A stretch of DNA of 64,000 bases from an uncultured Bacteroidaceae bacterium (GCA_964572225.1 CAZNFR010000002.1:2924-66923), one strand, 5' to 3'; shown: positions 8,765 through 18,309, numbered from the stretch's first letter. Program-made: numbers and translations. The notes: generated by a model not told the origin, from the sequence alone.

Positions 8765-11179
8765 TTATTCCGGAGGTGAAAAATACTCCTCCACAACCAC
8801 ATTTTCTCCGGGCTTAAGGCTCAACTTTTTATTGTTCCAGATAAGCTCTCCGGTCATGCCTCCGGGAAGTATGATCGAGCCGCGGATTCCACCCTTATCC
8901 GTGAAATCGAATCTGGTTTTGATCCAGCCCTGAGGTGTGGGCATTTCAGCCTTTATATTCTTTAGTCCTGATGGATTTGGACTGATCATCACGGTTTCAA
9001 ATCCTGGTGAGGAGGGTTTGATCCCTGCAAGAATACTGAAATAATAGTGAACCGGATGAGCGGTCCAGGGATGGACTTCGGAGCGGGGATTCTGTTCAAT
9101 ACGCTTTTCCGGAGTGGCAGTCATTCCCATATCTGCAATATCCTTCCAGGGCTTCAATGTCTTGCGGAAATTACCAGTACCGGTCATTTCCATCGCTTCG
9201 AAGAGGTAAAAATAGTAGAAGAGGTTTGCATAGCTGTCAAAGGGAGTTTCTGGTGAAAGGATCCTGTTCATAAGTTCGGCTTTCTCCTGCTGTGAATGGG
9301 CTCCGTTAAGAACAGCAAGGATGCTGGCCCGCTGGTCATAAAAATTCACATCAGGATTATCCAGATAAATTCCCAATTCTTCATTAAAACACAATTTTCT
9401 TACGATTTCAGCATATTTTTGGGACCGGGTGCGGTAAATACCTGCTTTCTCCCTATATCCGAGCCATTCAAGCATTTCGGAAGCTTTATTAAGACTGTAG
9501 GCATAATTAAGCGTAAGAATGGCAGAGTTTCCATCCCTGTTGGCTTGTGAATTCCCTCCTCGTATTTCGTACCAGTCGATAAACATATGATATTCCGAAT
9601 TCCCAACCAGGCCATTCCCGTTGATAAGGGATTCATAATAACGGAAAACCTCGTCCATTTCATCCATGTAGGCTTCGATTCTGGACTTATTTCCTTCCAG
9701 CATCATGAGATCGTGCAGCATATCGATCCAGATAAGCGAATAGGAAGGATGAACGAAGGTGGCTTTAAGAGGGTAACAACTGGTTATGTTCCCATCGGGT
9801 AAACGAGAATTATTGAACTGCTCCATGGCGCTGTTGAAAAAAGTCAGATCACCGGTCAGACTGCACCAGGCTTTCAGGTGAGGTCTGAGGTCGCCAACAT
9901 ACTGCATTTGTTCATAATATGCATCGCTCAGAAGGTTATCCTGTGCACAGATATCAAGACTATGGGCACAAATATTCCAGATCTCTTTAAGAACCTCATT
10001 ATCAGATTCAAAGACAGCGGTTGCTGCAATGGGGGAAATCGATTTTTCATTGTGGAAATCATGAATGGTCACAGGATCTTCAAAGGTGGTAATATCCAGC
10101 TCTGTAAAACGGTAAGCACGAAACCACATGGGTTGAAAGATCCTGTTCTCTCCACCCTCCATAAGATATACATCGGAGATCCCTTTAATGATTTTTCCTT
10201 CATAACTATTCCGGTTTCCTTTTTTGTTTTCCTCATCGTAAAGGGCCTCGCTGTAGCGGATCCGGATAATGGCATTCCTGCCACCTGAAATCTTAATTTT
10301 TGGGTATCCAAGAGTTACGTAGCCTCGATCGATTAAGAGTGATACATGCGAATTCCGGTCGACCTGAAATCCGGAAAATTCCTGTCCGGTCCTGAAAGAA
10401 GGATCATTGGAACGAATGACTTTTCCCATCCCCTCCTCTTCCAGTCGCTGAATTGCCGTGGTCCGGGGTTGCATGATCCATCCATGACCTGCACCGGCAT
10501 TGGTTTTAGGTCTTGAAAAGACCACTTCAGGTTTTACCCATCCGGAATCCTCAAAACCCAATTCCTGCCAGCCCCATGGGTATTTTTCACCCACAATGGA
10601 ATCGGTAGGATTTCCGGCATAAAAACCCCCAACTATTTGTCCACCAAATATCCAGTCGACCGGTTTTTCATACACAGAGTGATTATGAAAAACCTTCCAA
10701 TTACCTTCCCAGCCTGTGTTTAGGAAAGTCTCCTTTCCGCTGTTTCCCTGACACAGAAAAGCGGTGCGATTGGAAATGATTCCATAGCTTCGGTCTACTC
10801 CCCAATTCATGACAGAAGCAGCGATAACATTTTCACCGGTTTTCAGAAATGGAGCAAGGTTGATTGTTTCATATCTCCAATGCCTGATATCGGCAAGTTG
10901 GGGTCCGAAAACCACCTGCTTACCATTTACAAAAAGTCGATACCGGTTATCAGCACTTAGGTGTATGATGAAAGTGTCTGGTCTCTCTTCAAGGGTAAAA
11001 ACCTGTCGGAACAGAATCTCGTTATGGGCAGTTTCATCAATGTCCGGGTGCGTAATCCACCCGGAGTTCCACTCTGCAGGATATTCAGGCAGAGTATGAT
11101 TCGGGTACTGAGCTGTAACAATTCCCCCTGCCAGCAAAACTTGCAGGAAAAGAAAGATTCCTAATGGGTTTGTTTTCAT
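8765..11179 (-). CDS. GH78-like (alpha-L-rhamnosidase family) six-hairpin glycoside hydrolase, secreted
   Basis: Signal peptide, then a Bac_rhamnosid_N-like segment (LSADNRYRLFVNGKQVVFGP...KTGENVIAASVMNWG) and a long alpha-helical C-terminal half (DAYYEQMQYVGDLR). The family assignment is by resemblance only. Confidence 0.6.
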   Translation of the reverse strand: MKTNPLGIFLFLQVLLAGGIVTAQYPNHTLPEYPAEWNSGWITHPDIDETAHNEILFRQVFTLEERPDTFIIHLSADNRYRLFVNGKQVVFGPQLADIRHWRYETINLAPFLKTGENVIAASVMNWGVDRSYGIISNRTAFLCQGNSGKETFLNTGWEGNWKVFHNHSVYEKPVDWIFGGQIVGGFYAGNPTDSIVGEKYPWGWQELGFEDSGWVKPEVVFSRPKTNAGAGHGWIMQPRTTAIQRLEEEGMGKVIRSNDPSFRTGQEFSGFQVDRNSHVSLLIDRGYVTLGYPKIKISGGRNAIIRIRYSEALYDEENKKGNRNSYEGKIIKGISDVYLMEGGENRIFQPMWFRAYRFTELDITTFEDPVTIHDFHNEKSISPIAATAVFESDNEVLKEIWNICAHSLDICAQDNLLSDAYYEQMQYVGDLRPHLKAWCSLTGDLTFFNSAMEQFNNSRLPDGNITSCYPLKATFVHPSYSLIWIDMLHDLMMLEGNKSRIEAYMDEMDEVFRYYESLINGNGLVGNSEYHMFIDWYEIRGGNSQANRDGNSAILTLNYAYSLNKASEMLEWLGYREKAGIYRTRSQKYAEIVRKLCFNEELGIYLDNPDVNFYDQRASILAVLNGAHSQQEKAELMNRILSPETPFDSYANLFYYFYLFEAMEMTGTGNFRKTLKPWKDIADMGMTATPEKRIEQNPRSEVHPWTAHPVHYYFSILAGIKPSSPGFETVMISPNPSGLKNIKAEMPTPQGWIKTRFDFTDKGGIRGSIILPGGMTGELIWNNKKLSLKPGENVVVEEYFSPPE

Positions 11180-11544
11180 TATTCTATTGGTTTTTTGTAC
11201 CTGATGGCCTTTATCGTTATAGGGAACAGGGGCATCCCAAATAGCTGGTTTTATTGGTTTGCTCTCGTTTCAAATGTACATATTTAATAGCAACAAACTA
11301 CTTTCAAGACTCATGCATTTAGGTATTCCGGTTATTGAGAGGTTCCCTGTTCATACTCTTGGGAATTTAATGAGGGTTTCTTAAGAAATAAGGTCATAGT
11401 ATACTGATCTATTGTTAAATATAATCCATCATTTAAGGTTCCGTATAAATTGGGTTTACATCCTTTCCTTGTAAGCAGTCTTTTGAACAACTCCATCTTT
11501 ACAGTGTTTACACAGAAACTTCCCTGACGCTTAAAAATACTTTT

Positions 11545-11970
11545 ATGCTTTGTAATGTATCTTATAACAATAAAGAAATGAAAGAGGCTGTTGATGAACT
11601 GGTTGGAAAAGCATTTTCGTTCAGAGAGCGTCTGAAACTGGGAGGCACCGGGTCACCCAAATTAAAAATTAAGGAAGCCAGTAGTGAATTAGCCGCCCTT
11701 TTAAATTTGGATAACAGCATCAACTATTGCAACATTGAGCTACGACCTCGCGGACTGATCATAAGTTTTCGGTCCATTCTGGAAACCTATGCCTGGGTGG
11801 TTCCCTATTATCGATTGAGCACCTTTAAATCGGAAGACACCTGGTCCTTTTACTGCGACAAGGAATATGTGAAATTAAAGAATTCTCTGGGCTTTAATTC
11901 TGTCAATGAATTTTTTATTAAAATGCAGAAATTGAAATCAGAATCATTTACCGACATCACCTCCATCTAG
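11545..11970 (+). CDS. hypothetical protein (141 aa)
   Basis: Only sizeable ORF in this interval. No motif recognised. The start may be the internal Met (MKEAVDEL). Confidence 0.45.
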   Translation: MLCNVSYNNKEMKEAVDELVGKAFSFRERLKLGGTGSPKLKIKEASSELAALLNLDNSINYCNIELRPRGLIISFRSILETYAWVVPYYRLSTFKSEDTWSFYCDKEYVKLKNSLGFNSVNEFFIKMQKLKSESFTDITSI

Positions 11971-12005
11971 AGCAATGCTTCGGTCACTTAATATGTTAAA
12001 ACAGA

Positions 12006-12179
12006 ATGAGGTTATTCAAAAAAAAATCCGAAAGCGAGCGTTTACGCAAGGAATATGCTTCCTTATTGAAGAAAGCTTTTGACCTTTCCAAGACCGACCG
12101 TAAAAGTTCCGATCAGTTTTATGCTGAAGCGGACCGGTTGATGGACAGGATTGAAGCTCTGGAGAAAGAGGGAAAATGA
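12006..12179 (+). CDS. small Lacal_2735-family-like protein (57 aa)
   Basis: Below the ORF-track cutoff. It reads MRLFKKKSESERLRKEYASLLKKAFDLSKTDRKSSDQFYAEADRLMDRIEALEKEGK. This matches the pattern of the conserved Bacteroidota mini-protein family (F-KKKS-E-L...Y..L...A..LS..dR..sD....eA). Confidence 0.55.
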   Translation: MRLFKKKSESERLRKEYASLLKKAFDLSKTDRKSSDQFYAEADRLMDRIEALEKEGK

Positions 12180-12297
12180 GGCTTTTTCATCCCTGCCTTC
12201 CTTGTCAGTAATCGCTTTTTCCCAAGACTTTGATTTTTATATCTTCAGGAATCATGGTATTTTAGCAATCCTTTTCGGAAAAGAAGAAAGATGAGTT

Positions 12298-12696
12298 ATG
12301 ATTTCCATACCTGAAAATGAGCTGGAGTATCAGCATTCCAGAAGCCAGGGATCCGGCGGCCAAAATGTAAATAAGGTAAATACCCGGGTTGAGCTCCGGT
12401 TTCACATTGGAAACTCTCTCACACTTTCGGAGCAACAGAAGGAAAAAATCCGGGTAAAGTTAAAAAACCGCATATCTCAATCGGACGAACTAATTTTAAG
12501 TTCACAAGCTTCCAGGTCTCAGTTAAATAACAAAGAGTCGGTTACCTACCGTTTCCACGAACTAATTAATTCCGCACTTAAAGAAGCCAAGCCAAGGCTA
12601 AGGACGCGTCCCGGCAAAGCTTCGGTGGAAAAGCGTCTGAAAATAAAGAAGATGGTTTCAGAAAAAAAATCCCATCGAAAAAAACCCGATTTATGA
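12298..12696 (+). CDS. arfB: alternative ribosome-rescue factor ArfB (peptidyl-tRNA hydrolase, GGQ domain)
   Basis: SRSQGSGGQNVNKVNT GGQ motif plus a basic C-terminal tail (KRLKIKKMVSEKKSHRKKP). 132 aa. Confidence 0.9.
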   Translation: MISIPENELEYQHSRSQGSGGQNVNKVNTRVELRFHIGNSLTLSEQQKEKIRVKLKNRISQSDELILSSQASRSQLNNKESVTYRFHELINSALKEAKPRLRTRPGKASVEKRLKIKKMVSEKKSHRKKPDL

Positions 12697-13151
12697 TGTT
12701 TAACAGGGAAGAGTCCAAGGCTATAAGACTTGAATTCTGGGAAAGGTTTCATCATTATTCAGCCATCCGGAGAAGGCAGAAAGGAAAACCTGCCAAATGG
12801 ATGCTGGATAAAACCGGTATCAAACAATTAAAGCTCAAATTCCATATTGACACTGATCATGCCCTTACAGGAATCGATATTGAAACCCGGAACCTAGATA
12901 TCCGGATATCCATTTTCCATAGGCTCGAGGAGCTTAAACCCAGATTGGAAGAGAAAATGGGAACTTCGCTTGAATGGGAACTGGAACATATATTACCCAC
13001 TGGAAAATCCATTTCAAGGGTTTCCTTGAAGCTAATGGGAGTAAATCTCTATAACAAGGAGGACTGGCCGGTTATATTTCCTTTCTTCTACAAAAACATG
13101 ATGAAGCTGGAATCATTTTTCGAAGAATATGCAGATATTTTTAGAGGTTAA
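12693..13151 (+). CDS. DUF4268-like protein
   Basis: 152 aa. N-terminal ...RLEFWERF... and overall layout resemble DUF4268. The start overlaps the arfB stop (ATGA). Confidence 0.6.
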   Translation: MMFNREESKAIRLEFWERFHHYSAIRRRQKGKPAKWMLDKTGIKQLKLKFHIDTDHALTGIDIETRNLDIRISIFHRLEELKPRLEEKMGTSLEWELEHILPTGKSISRVSLKLMGVNLYNKEDWPVIFPFFYKNMMKLESFFEEYADIFRG

Positions 13152-13274
13152 AATACTGAATATCAATAAATTAAAATTTAGGGAGTGCATAAAAATCAGA
13201 GTTGTTGAAAAGTTCCCCTGCCAGGTTAAGTCTTAAAACCAGGAAGTGCTATTTTTATTCCGGAATCCAGGGGT

Positions 13275-14654
13275 ATGAAATACGCGATTATTGATATAGA
13301 AACTACGGGAGGAAGTCCCAAACACGAAAAAATCACTGAAATAGCCATTTATTTGCATGATGGTACTTCCATAACAGGTGAATTCTGTAGTTTAATCAAT
13401 CCGGAAAAAACCATACCGCCATTTATAACGGGATTAACGGGAATTACCAATGAAATGGTTGCGAATGCTCCCCGGTTCTATGAAATAGCCCGGGAGATTG
13501 TGGAATTAACCGAGGGATGCACCATAGTTGGACACAATGTCAGCTTTGACTATGCTTTCATCAAAAGCGAATTTAATCAGCTGGGCTATGCCTTTTCCAG
13601 AAAAACCCTTTGCACGGTTAAACTTAGTCGAAAGCTGCTTCCCGGCTATACATCCTATAGTTTGGGAAAACTGTGTGACAGTCTGAAAATCCGGATAAAT
13701 GGCCGGCATCGGGCATCGGGCGATGCCTATGCAACGGTATTATTGTTTCAGCATCTTCTTCAACAAAATACCCTTTCCTCGGATGAGCTTGGGCTGATTT
13801 CGGTAACGGGACAAAGGCTCAAGAATCTGAATGGATACCTGAAACCTTCTGATATTGATACACTGCCTAACGAAACCGGAGTTTATTATCTATATGATTG
13901 TGATCGTAACCTCATATATGTAGGGAAAAGTACTCATATTCACGACCGTATTTTGGGTCATCTTGGAAACAGGACCACCCGCAAATCCACTGAACTTGGG
14001 GGAAAAATTGCGGAAATCAGCTATGAACTCACCGGTAGCGAATTAATAGCCTTATTGAAGGAGTCTTTTGAGATCAAAAAGAATAAACCTTATTATAATC
14101 GTGCCCAAAAGAGGACTCTTCACCATTGGGGACTTTACAGTTTCAGGGATAAGGAAGGTTATCTTAATTTCAGCATTAAAAAAACGAGCGATAGCAACGA
14201 AATTCCCTTAACGGGCTTTAATAATCTTACGGAAGCCAGGAGCATCATGAATAAAATGGTGGAAAAACACTGGTTATGTCAGAAATTAAGTGGTCTTTAC
14301 GACACCAAGGGGGCCTGTTTTAATTACGGAATAAGGCAATGCAATGGTGCCTGTATCGGGAAAGAAAATACTCATAAATACAACGAAAGGGCTGGCAAAT
14401 TGAAAGATTTCCTTAGCTATCAGAACGACAATTTGCTAATTATTGATAAAGGAAGAGATCCTGCTGAAAGGTCGGTTGTATGCATTGAAAACGGACATTA
14501 TTGCGGATATGGGTTTGTGAATACGGAAGATGCCTACCTGAACGTGGAGAGTCTCAAGGAATGTATTGAAAAACAGCAGGATAACAGGGATATCCATCAT
14601 ATAATCCGGAGCTGGTTAAGAAAAAACACTCCCGAGAAAATCATCCGGTATTAG
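13275..14654 (+). CDS. DnaQ-like 3'-5' exonuclease fused to a GIY-YIG nuclease domain
   Basis: ExoI IIDIETTGG, ExoII VGHNVSFDYAF and ExoIII HRASGDA motifs, then GIY-YIG (GVYYLYDCDRNLIYVGKS...R...H). Confidence 0.85.
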   Translation: MKYAIIDIETTGGSPKHEKITEIAIYLHDGTSITGEFCSLINPEKTIPPFITGLTGITNEMVANAPRFYEIAREIVELTEGCTIVGHNVSFDYAFIKSEFNQLGYAFSRKTLCTVKLSRKLLPGYTSYSLGKLCDSLKIRINGRHRASGDAYATVLLFQHLLQQNTLSSDELGLISVTGQRLKNLNGYLKPSDIDTLPNETGVYYLYDCDRNLIYVGKSTHIHDRILGHLGNRTTRKSTELGGKIAEISYELTGSELIALLKESFEIKKNKPYYNRAQKRTLHHWGLYSFRDKEGYLNFSIKKTSDSNEIPLTGFNNLTEARSIMNKMVEKHWLCQKLSGLYDTKGACFNYGIRQCNGACIGKENTHKYNERAGKLKDFLSYQNDNLLIIDKGRDPAERSVVCIENGHYCGYGFVNTEDAYLNVESLKECIEKQQDNRDIHHIIRSWLRKNTPEKIIRY

Positions 14655-14682
14655 TAAATATTGGCCAGGTAGTCGAAACCGC

Positions 14683-15873
14683 TTAATCAAGGTCATGCAG
14701 CCGGTATACTCCGGTACCGTAATCAATATTCAGGATAGTGTTGGAGCCGGGCAACAGATATCCCAGAGAGACTTCCCGGTTATCACTGGTCCTTGGCACA
14801 GGTTCCCTGTATGGGGTCCGATTAAGGAGATAAGAATCTCCTTCCTGATCGGCTTCTGGATAACCACTTCCTGGAACCAGAGAATAATCTCCGTTAAAAA
14901 CAGCATCCCTTAAATTGTAATAATTTGTCAGGAACACCTGCATGGTAGCTCCTGATCCAGTGGCCAGGCTGTGAAAATGAATATTGACAACCTCATCGGG
15001 ATCACCCAGGTAATAGCCCCCATAACTAAATGACAACCAATTGATCCCACCCTGATAATCGGAATAGACCTCATCGATGACCGCAGTATAAATTTCATCG
15101 GGTGCAGGATCTGCAACCGCGTATATGGGCCAGATTTCATTAACCGGATAGTTGTTATGGTTTCTAAGGTATCCGGTATTGGTTGAAAACACGGTAGGAA
15201 CCAGGTCGGTTGTTGGCAGTACTTCCGGGAACCTGCGCGAATCACTGGCGATTTTATGATAAGCAATCTTCTGGTTGATTTCAAGGTCGGGGATTCTGAT
15301 GCTTGCATACCCACCCCTGTTTTCGCTGGGGACATGGAACTCATAATTTCCAAATTTATCCGTAACAGCCCGGAATTCAAAACTTCCTTCCGATAGGGAA
15401 ATTCTCAGGTTGAGGGTTATCCCGTCTGCAAACTCAGCGGTATCATTTGTGAGATCCTTTTCGATCAGGACTTTTCCGCTAACTTTAGCCAGGCTTTCGT
15501 CCGACAGGGAATAAATCCCGACCGAATAGGTTTGCTGATTCTGGCCCTCACCTGTAGAATAAAAGCTTACATCGGAATACCATGATGTAAATCCGTCTGC
15601 CTCCACAGAAATAAATACCTTACCGTATTCTGCACCCTCAACGTTTACGAGTCCGTTTGAATCTGAGGTCAATTCATACACCGAATTTCCCTGGGTTATT
15701 TTTACCCTTGCATTTTGAACCGGTTCAGAATAATCCAGACTTCGATTATAAACATAAACGCTAATATCTACTGAATTCAATAAATCCAGCGCATCTTCCT
15801 GACTAAATTCCTCCCTGCAGGAATACAGGGTCGAAAGAGACAAAATGATGAATAGAAAGAAGGTCTTTTTCAT
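14683..15873 (-). CDS. lipoprotein with two CarboxypepD_reg-like beta-sandwich repeats, unknown function
   Basis: Lipobox (LSLSTLYSCREE). Two segments follow the pattern ..V.I..G...Y...D..G.....V. Confidence 0.7.
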   Translation of the reverse strand: MKKTFFLFIILSLSTLYSCREEFSQEDALDLLNSVDISVYVYNRSLDYSEPVQNARVKITQGNSVYELTSDSNGLVNVEGAEYGKVFISVEADGFTSWYSDVSFYSTGEGQNQQTYSVGIYSLSDESLAKVSGKVLIEKDLTNDTAEFADGITLNLRISLSEGSFEFRAVTDKFGNYEFHVPSENRGGYASIRIPDLEINQKIAYHKIASDSRRFPEVLPTTDLVPTVFSTNTGYLRNHNNYPVNEIWPIYAVADPAPDEIYTAVIDEVYSDYQGGINWLSFSYGGYYLGDPDEVVNIHFHSLATGSGATMQVFLTNYYNLRDAVFNGDYSLVPGSGYPEADQEGDSYLLNRTPYREPVPRTSDNREVSLGYLLPGSNTILNIDYGTGVYRLHDLD

Positions 15874-15924
15874 TTTGATATAGGATATTAATGGGTTTTA
15901 AAACCAAAGAGCACAACTAATAAC

Positions 15925-16656
15925 TTAGAATCCATAGCCGAGAGTAATGAAAAAACTATCATTATACAGATCGCCGGTAAGTTTATAATTATTTAAAAAA
16001 CTATGTACCGTTTTTACCGGAGTTAATCCGTATTTATAGGCAATTTCCACATTAAAACTCCGGGTGTTTATATAGAATTCCGTTCCTAATCCCAGGTTAA
16101 CATATGCCTGATACATTTTATAACTTCTAGTCAAATTCTCGTATCCTGCCCATGTAATATGCTGACTGGCAAGGATATCTGTGTGATCATAATCATTAAA
16201 CACAGCCAGGTTCACTGAAAGTGAGGGACCGGCAAACATATAGGGAAGGACTTTATTTTGCGTACTCAGGTATACTCTTGCCATAATTGGGATATCAACA
16301 TTGTGCATTAGTATGGAATTGGAGGAAAAATATCCCAGAATAATCCCATCAGTTCCGTCCCCTCCTCCGAAGTATTCTGTGTTAAAACTCATGTATTTGC
16401 CTCCCTGAAGGCAGTAATTTATGCCAGTAACAAAGAATAAACGTTGAAAGCTTCTGTGTTCGGCAGTAAATCCTGCAATAACTCCGGCTTTTCCGCCCGT
16501 ATGCGGCTGAGCATCATTGAAATAACTGTAAACGGGACCCGCTTTGATTCCAAAATAGACCTTATCGAACAGTCCCTGCGAAGATAAATCAGCCCCTGAG
16601 AAACCCAGGCACAGCAAAAAGACAAGATAAAGTCTGGGAGGTAGTTTTAAGTGCAT
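15925..16656 (-). CDS. outer-membrane beta-barrel (porin/PorT-like) family protein
   Basis: Signal peptide, alternating hydrophobic beta-strand pattern, and an aromatic C-terminus (ITLGYGF). Confidence 0.7.
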   Translation of the reverse strand: MHLKLPPRLYLVFLLCLGFSGADLSSQGLFDKVYFGIKAGPVYSYFNDAQPHTGGKAGVIAGFTAEHRSFQRLFFVTGINYCLQGGKYMSFNTEYFGGGDGTDGIILGYFSSNSILMHNVDIPIMARVYLSTQNKVLPYMFAGPSLSVNLAVFNDYDHTDILASQHITWAGYENLTRSYKMYQAYVNLGLGTEFYINTRSFNVEIAYKYGLTPVKTVHSFLNNYKLTGDLYNDSFFITLGYGF

Positions 16657-16842
16657 CAGGCTCGAATTTAGGTCAAGTTACTGCATTTATCAGATAAACA
16701 TATTACTTTAACCTGAAATTTTAAATTAGGTTTCATTTCTGAGCAGCATAATATAGACATTATCTAACCCTGAGAAACTGGCATCCTGATTACCCTTCAG
16801 AAGTAATTTGGGTTGGGATAAATTAAAAAAAAATGGAACTCC

Positions 16843-16873
16843 TTTGGATAAAAGTAATTATACGCTATCTTTG
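16843..16873 (+). promoter_or_regulatory. Bacteroidota sigma-AB type promoter for tRNA-Lys (TTTG-N19-TATCTTTG)
   Basis: -33 TTTG at 16843-16846, a 19-nt spacer, and -7 TAnnTTTG (TATCTTTG) at 16866-16873. The mature tRNA 5' end lies about 30 nt downstream. Confidence 0.55.
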
Positions 16874-16903
16874 CATCCCGTTAGCAAAAAACAAAAAAAC
16901 ATT

Positions 16904-16976
16904 GATTCAGTAGCTCAGTTGGTAGAGCACATCCCTTTTAAGGATGGGGTCCTGGGTTCGAGCCCCAGCTGAATCA
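16904..16976 (+). tRNA. tRNA-Lys (anticodon UUU)
   Basis: Hand-folded cloverleaf of 73 nt. Acceptor GATTCAG/CTGAATC, D arm GCTC/GAGC, anticodon stem CATCC/GGATG with loop CTTTTAA, T arm CTGGG/CCCAG with TTCGAGC loop. CCA is not encoded. Confidence 0.95.
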
Positions 16977-16979
16977 CAA

Positions 16980-17009
16980 CCCTGGCAAAGAAATTTGTCA
17001 GGGTTTTTT
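16980..17009 (+). terminator. rho-independent terminator after tRNA-Lys
   Basis: CCCTGGCA-aagaaatt-TGTCAGGG hairpin followed by TTTTTT. Confidence 0.6.
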
Positions 17010-17142
17010 ATAGGAAATCCATTCATTCTCGCTTATAATCACGATCTTGCTTAATTATAATGTAAGACAATTTATCTGAGGCAAACATTTGATTAAAAGT
17101 GATGTTACTTTGATTTGAGTACTGGTAATTGATCCTGTTCAC

Positions 17143-18309
17143 ATGAAAAAGCAAGCATTATTGACCCTTGCCGGCTCTTTTGGAATTATGCTCTCTCTTG
17201 GAGGTATTTATGCATGGAGTATATTCGTTCCCGGACTCATGGATGAATATCAATTTACGGCATCCCAGACCCAGCTGGTTTTTGGGGTGGTTATCGCGGT
17301 CTTTACATTTACCATGTTGTTTGTTGAAAAAATCGAAAAGAGGCTTGGAACAAGGAAAACTGCTTTGCTTTCCGGATTATTCTATTCCCTGGGCTACCTG
17401 GTCTCAGGGTACTCGGGAGGCCGATTTGTTTGGATTTTAATTGGAATCGGTATGCTTGCCGGGATAGGTACGGGATTTGGTTATCTGGTATCCCTGGTTG
17501 CCCCGGTGAGGTGGTTTCCGGAAAGAAAAGGATTAATATCGGGGGTTGCGACTGCGGGGTTTGGCTTGGCTGCTGTGGTCTTATCTTTACTTGCGGAGGC
17601 ATTATTAAGTTCCGGCAGGAGTATCCTGGAGGTATTTCGGATCATGGGATTGTTTTATGGGGCGGTAATCATGGCATTGTCATTTCTGATGTCGAGTCCT
17701 CCACCCTCCGGCTCAATAACAGGAGGTCATATTCGGGATTATTGGAAAGAAAAGAATTTTCTGAGGCTATTTTTTGGCATATTTACAGGAACTTTCGCCG
17801 GACTTTTAATTATCGGAAACTTAAAGCCGATTGGAGCAGAAAATCAAATTAACGATCATATATTGGTTCTGGGGATTTCAATCTTCGCCATAAGCAATTT
17901 TGCAGGTCGATTGGGATGGGGATTTATTAGCGATTATACCGGATCGGCCCTCAGCATTCTTATTGCCCTGGTATTACAGTCGGCCGGTATCCTCCTATTG
18001 GGACATACCCAACCGGGTGCTTTGGGTTTTATTTTTATTTCGGCGATGATTGGATTTAATTTCGGAGGAAACTTTGTGCTTTTTGCAAGGGAAACCTCTC
18101 ATCTCTTTGGTATTCATAATCTTGGCATTCTTTATCCCTTCATATTTCTGGGATATGGTATTGCAGGAATATTTGGTCCGATAACTGGTGGGATCATTTT
18201 TGATACGATGGGTCAATACCAGTCGGCCACAACCATTGCGGCCTTAATGAGTATCATGGGTGGATTGCTGTTTCTCAAGGAAGCAAGACACTCTATAATA
18301 AAAAAATAA
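17143..18309 (+). CDS. MFS transporter (oxalate/formate antiporter-like family)
   Basis: 388 aa with about 12 predicted TM helices. Central-loop WFPERKGLISG motif typical of OFA-type MFS. Confidence 0.8.
   Translation: MKKQALLTLAGSFGIMLSLGGIYAWSIFVPGLMDEYQFTASQTQLVFGVVIAVFTFTMLFVEKIEKRLGTRKTALLSGLFYSLGYLVSGYSGGRFVWILIGIGMLAGIGTGFGYLVSLVAPVRWFPERKGLISGVATAGFGLAAVVLSLLAEALLSSGRSILEVFRIMGLFYGAVIMALSFLMSSPPPSGSITGGHIRDYWKEKNFLRLFFGIFTGTFAGLLIIGNLKPIGAENQINDHILVLGISIFAISNFAGRLGWGFISDYTGSALSILIALVLQSAGILLLGHTQPGALGFIFISAMIGFNFGGNFVLFARETSHLFGIHNLGILYPFIFLGYGIAGIFGPITGGIIFDTMGQYQSATTIAALMSIMGGLLFLKEARHSIIKK

Noticed and set aside
16904-17142. tRNA-Lys as a possible integration site for a genomic island.
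   Set aside because: There is no integrase, no duplicated tRNA 3'-end repeat that I could see, and no compositional break downstream. The next gene is an ordinary MFS transporter.
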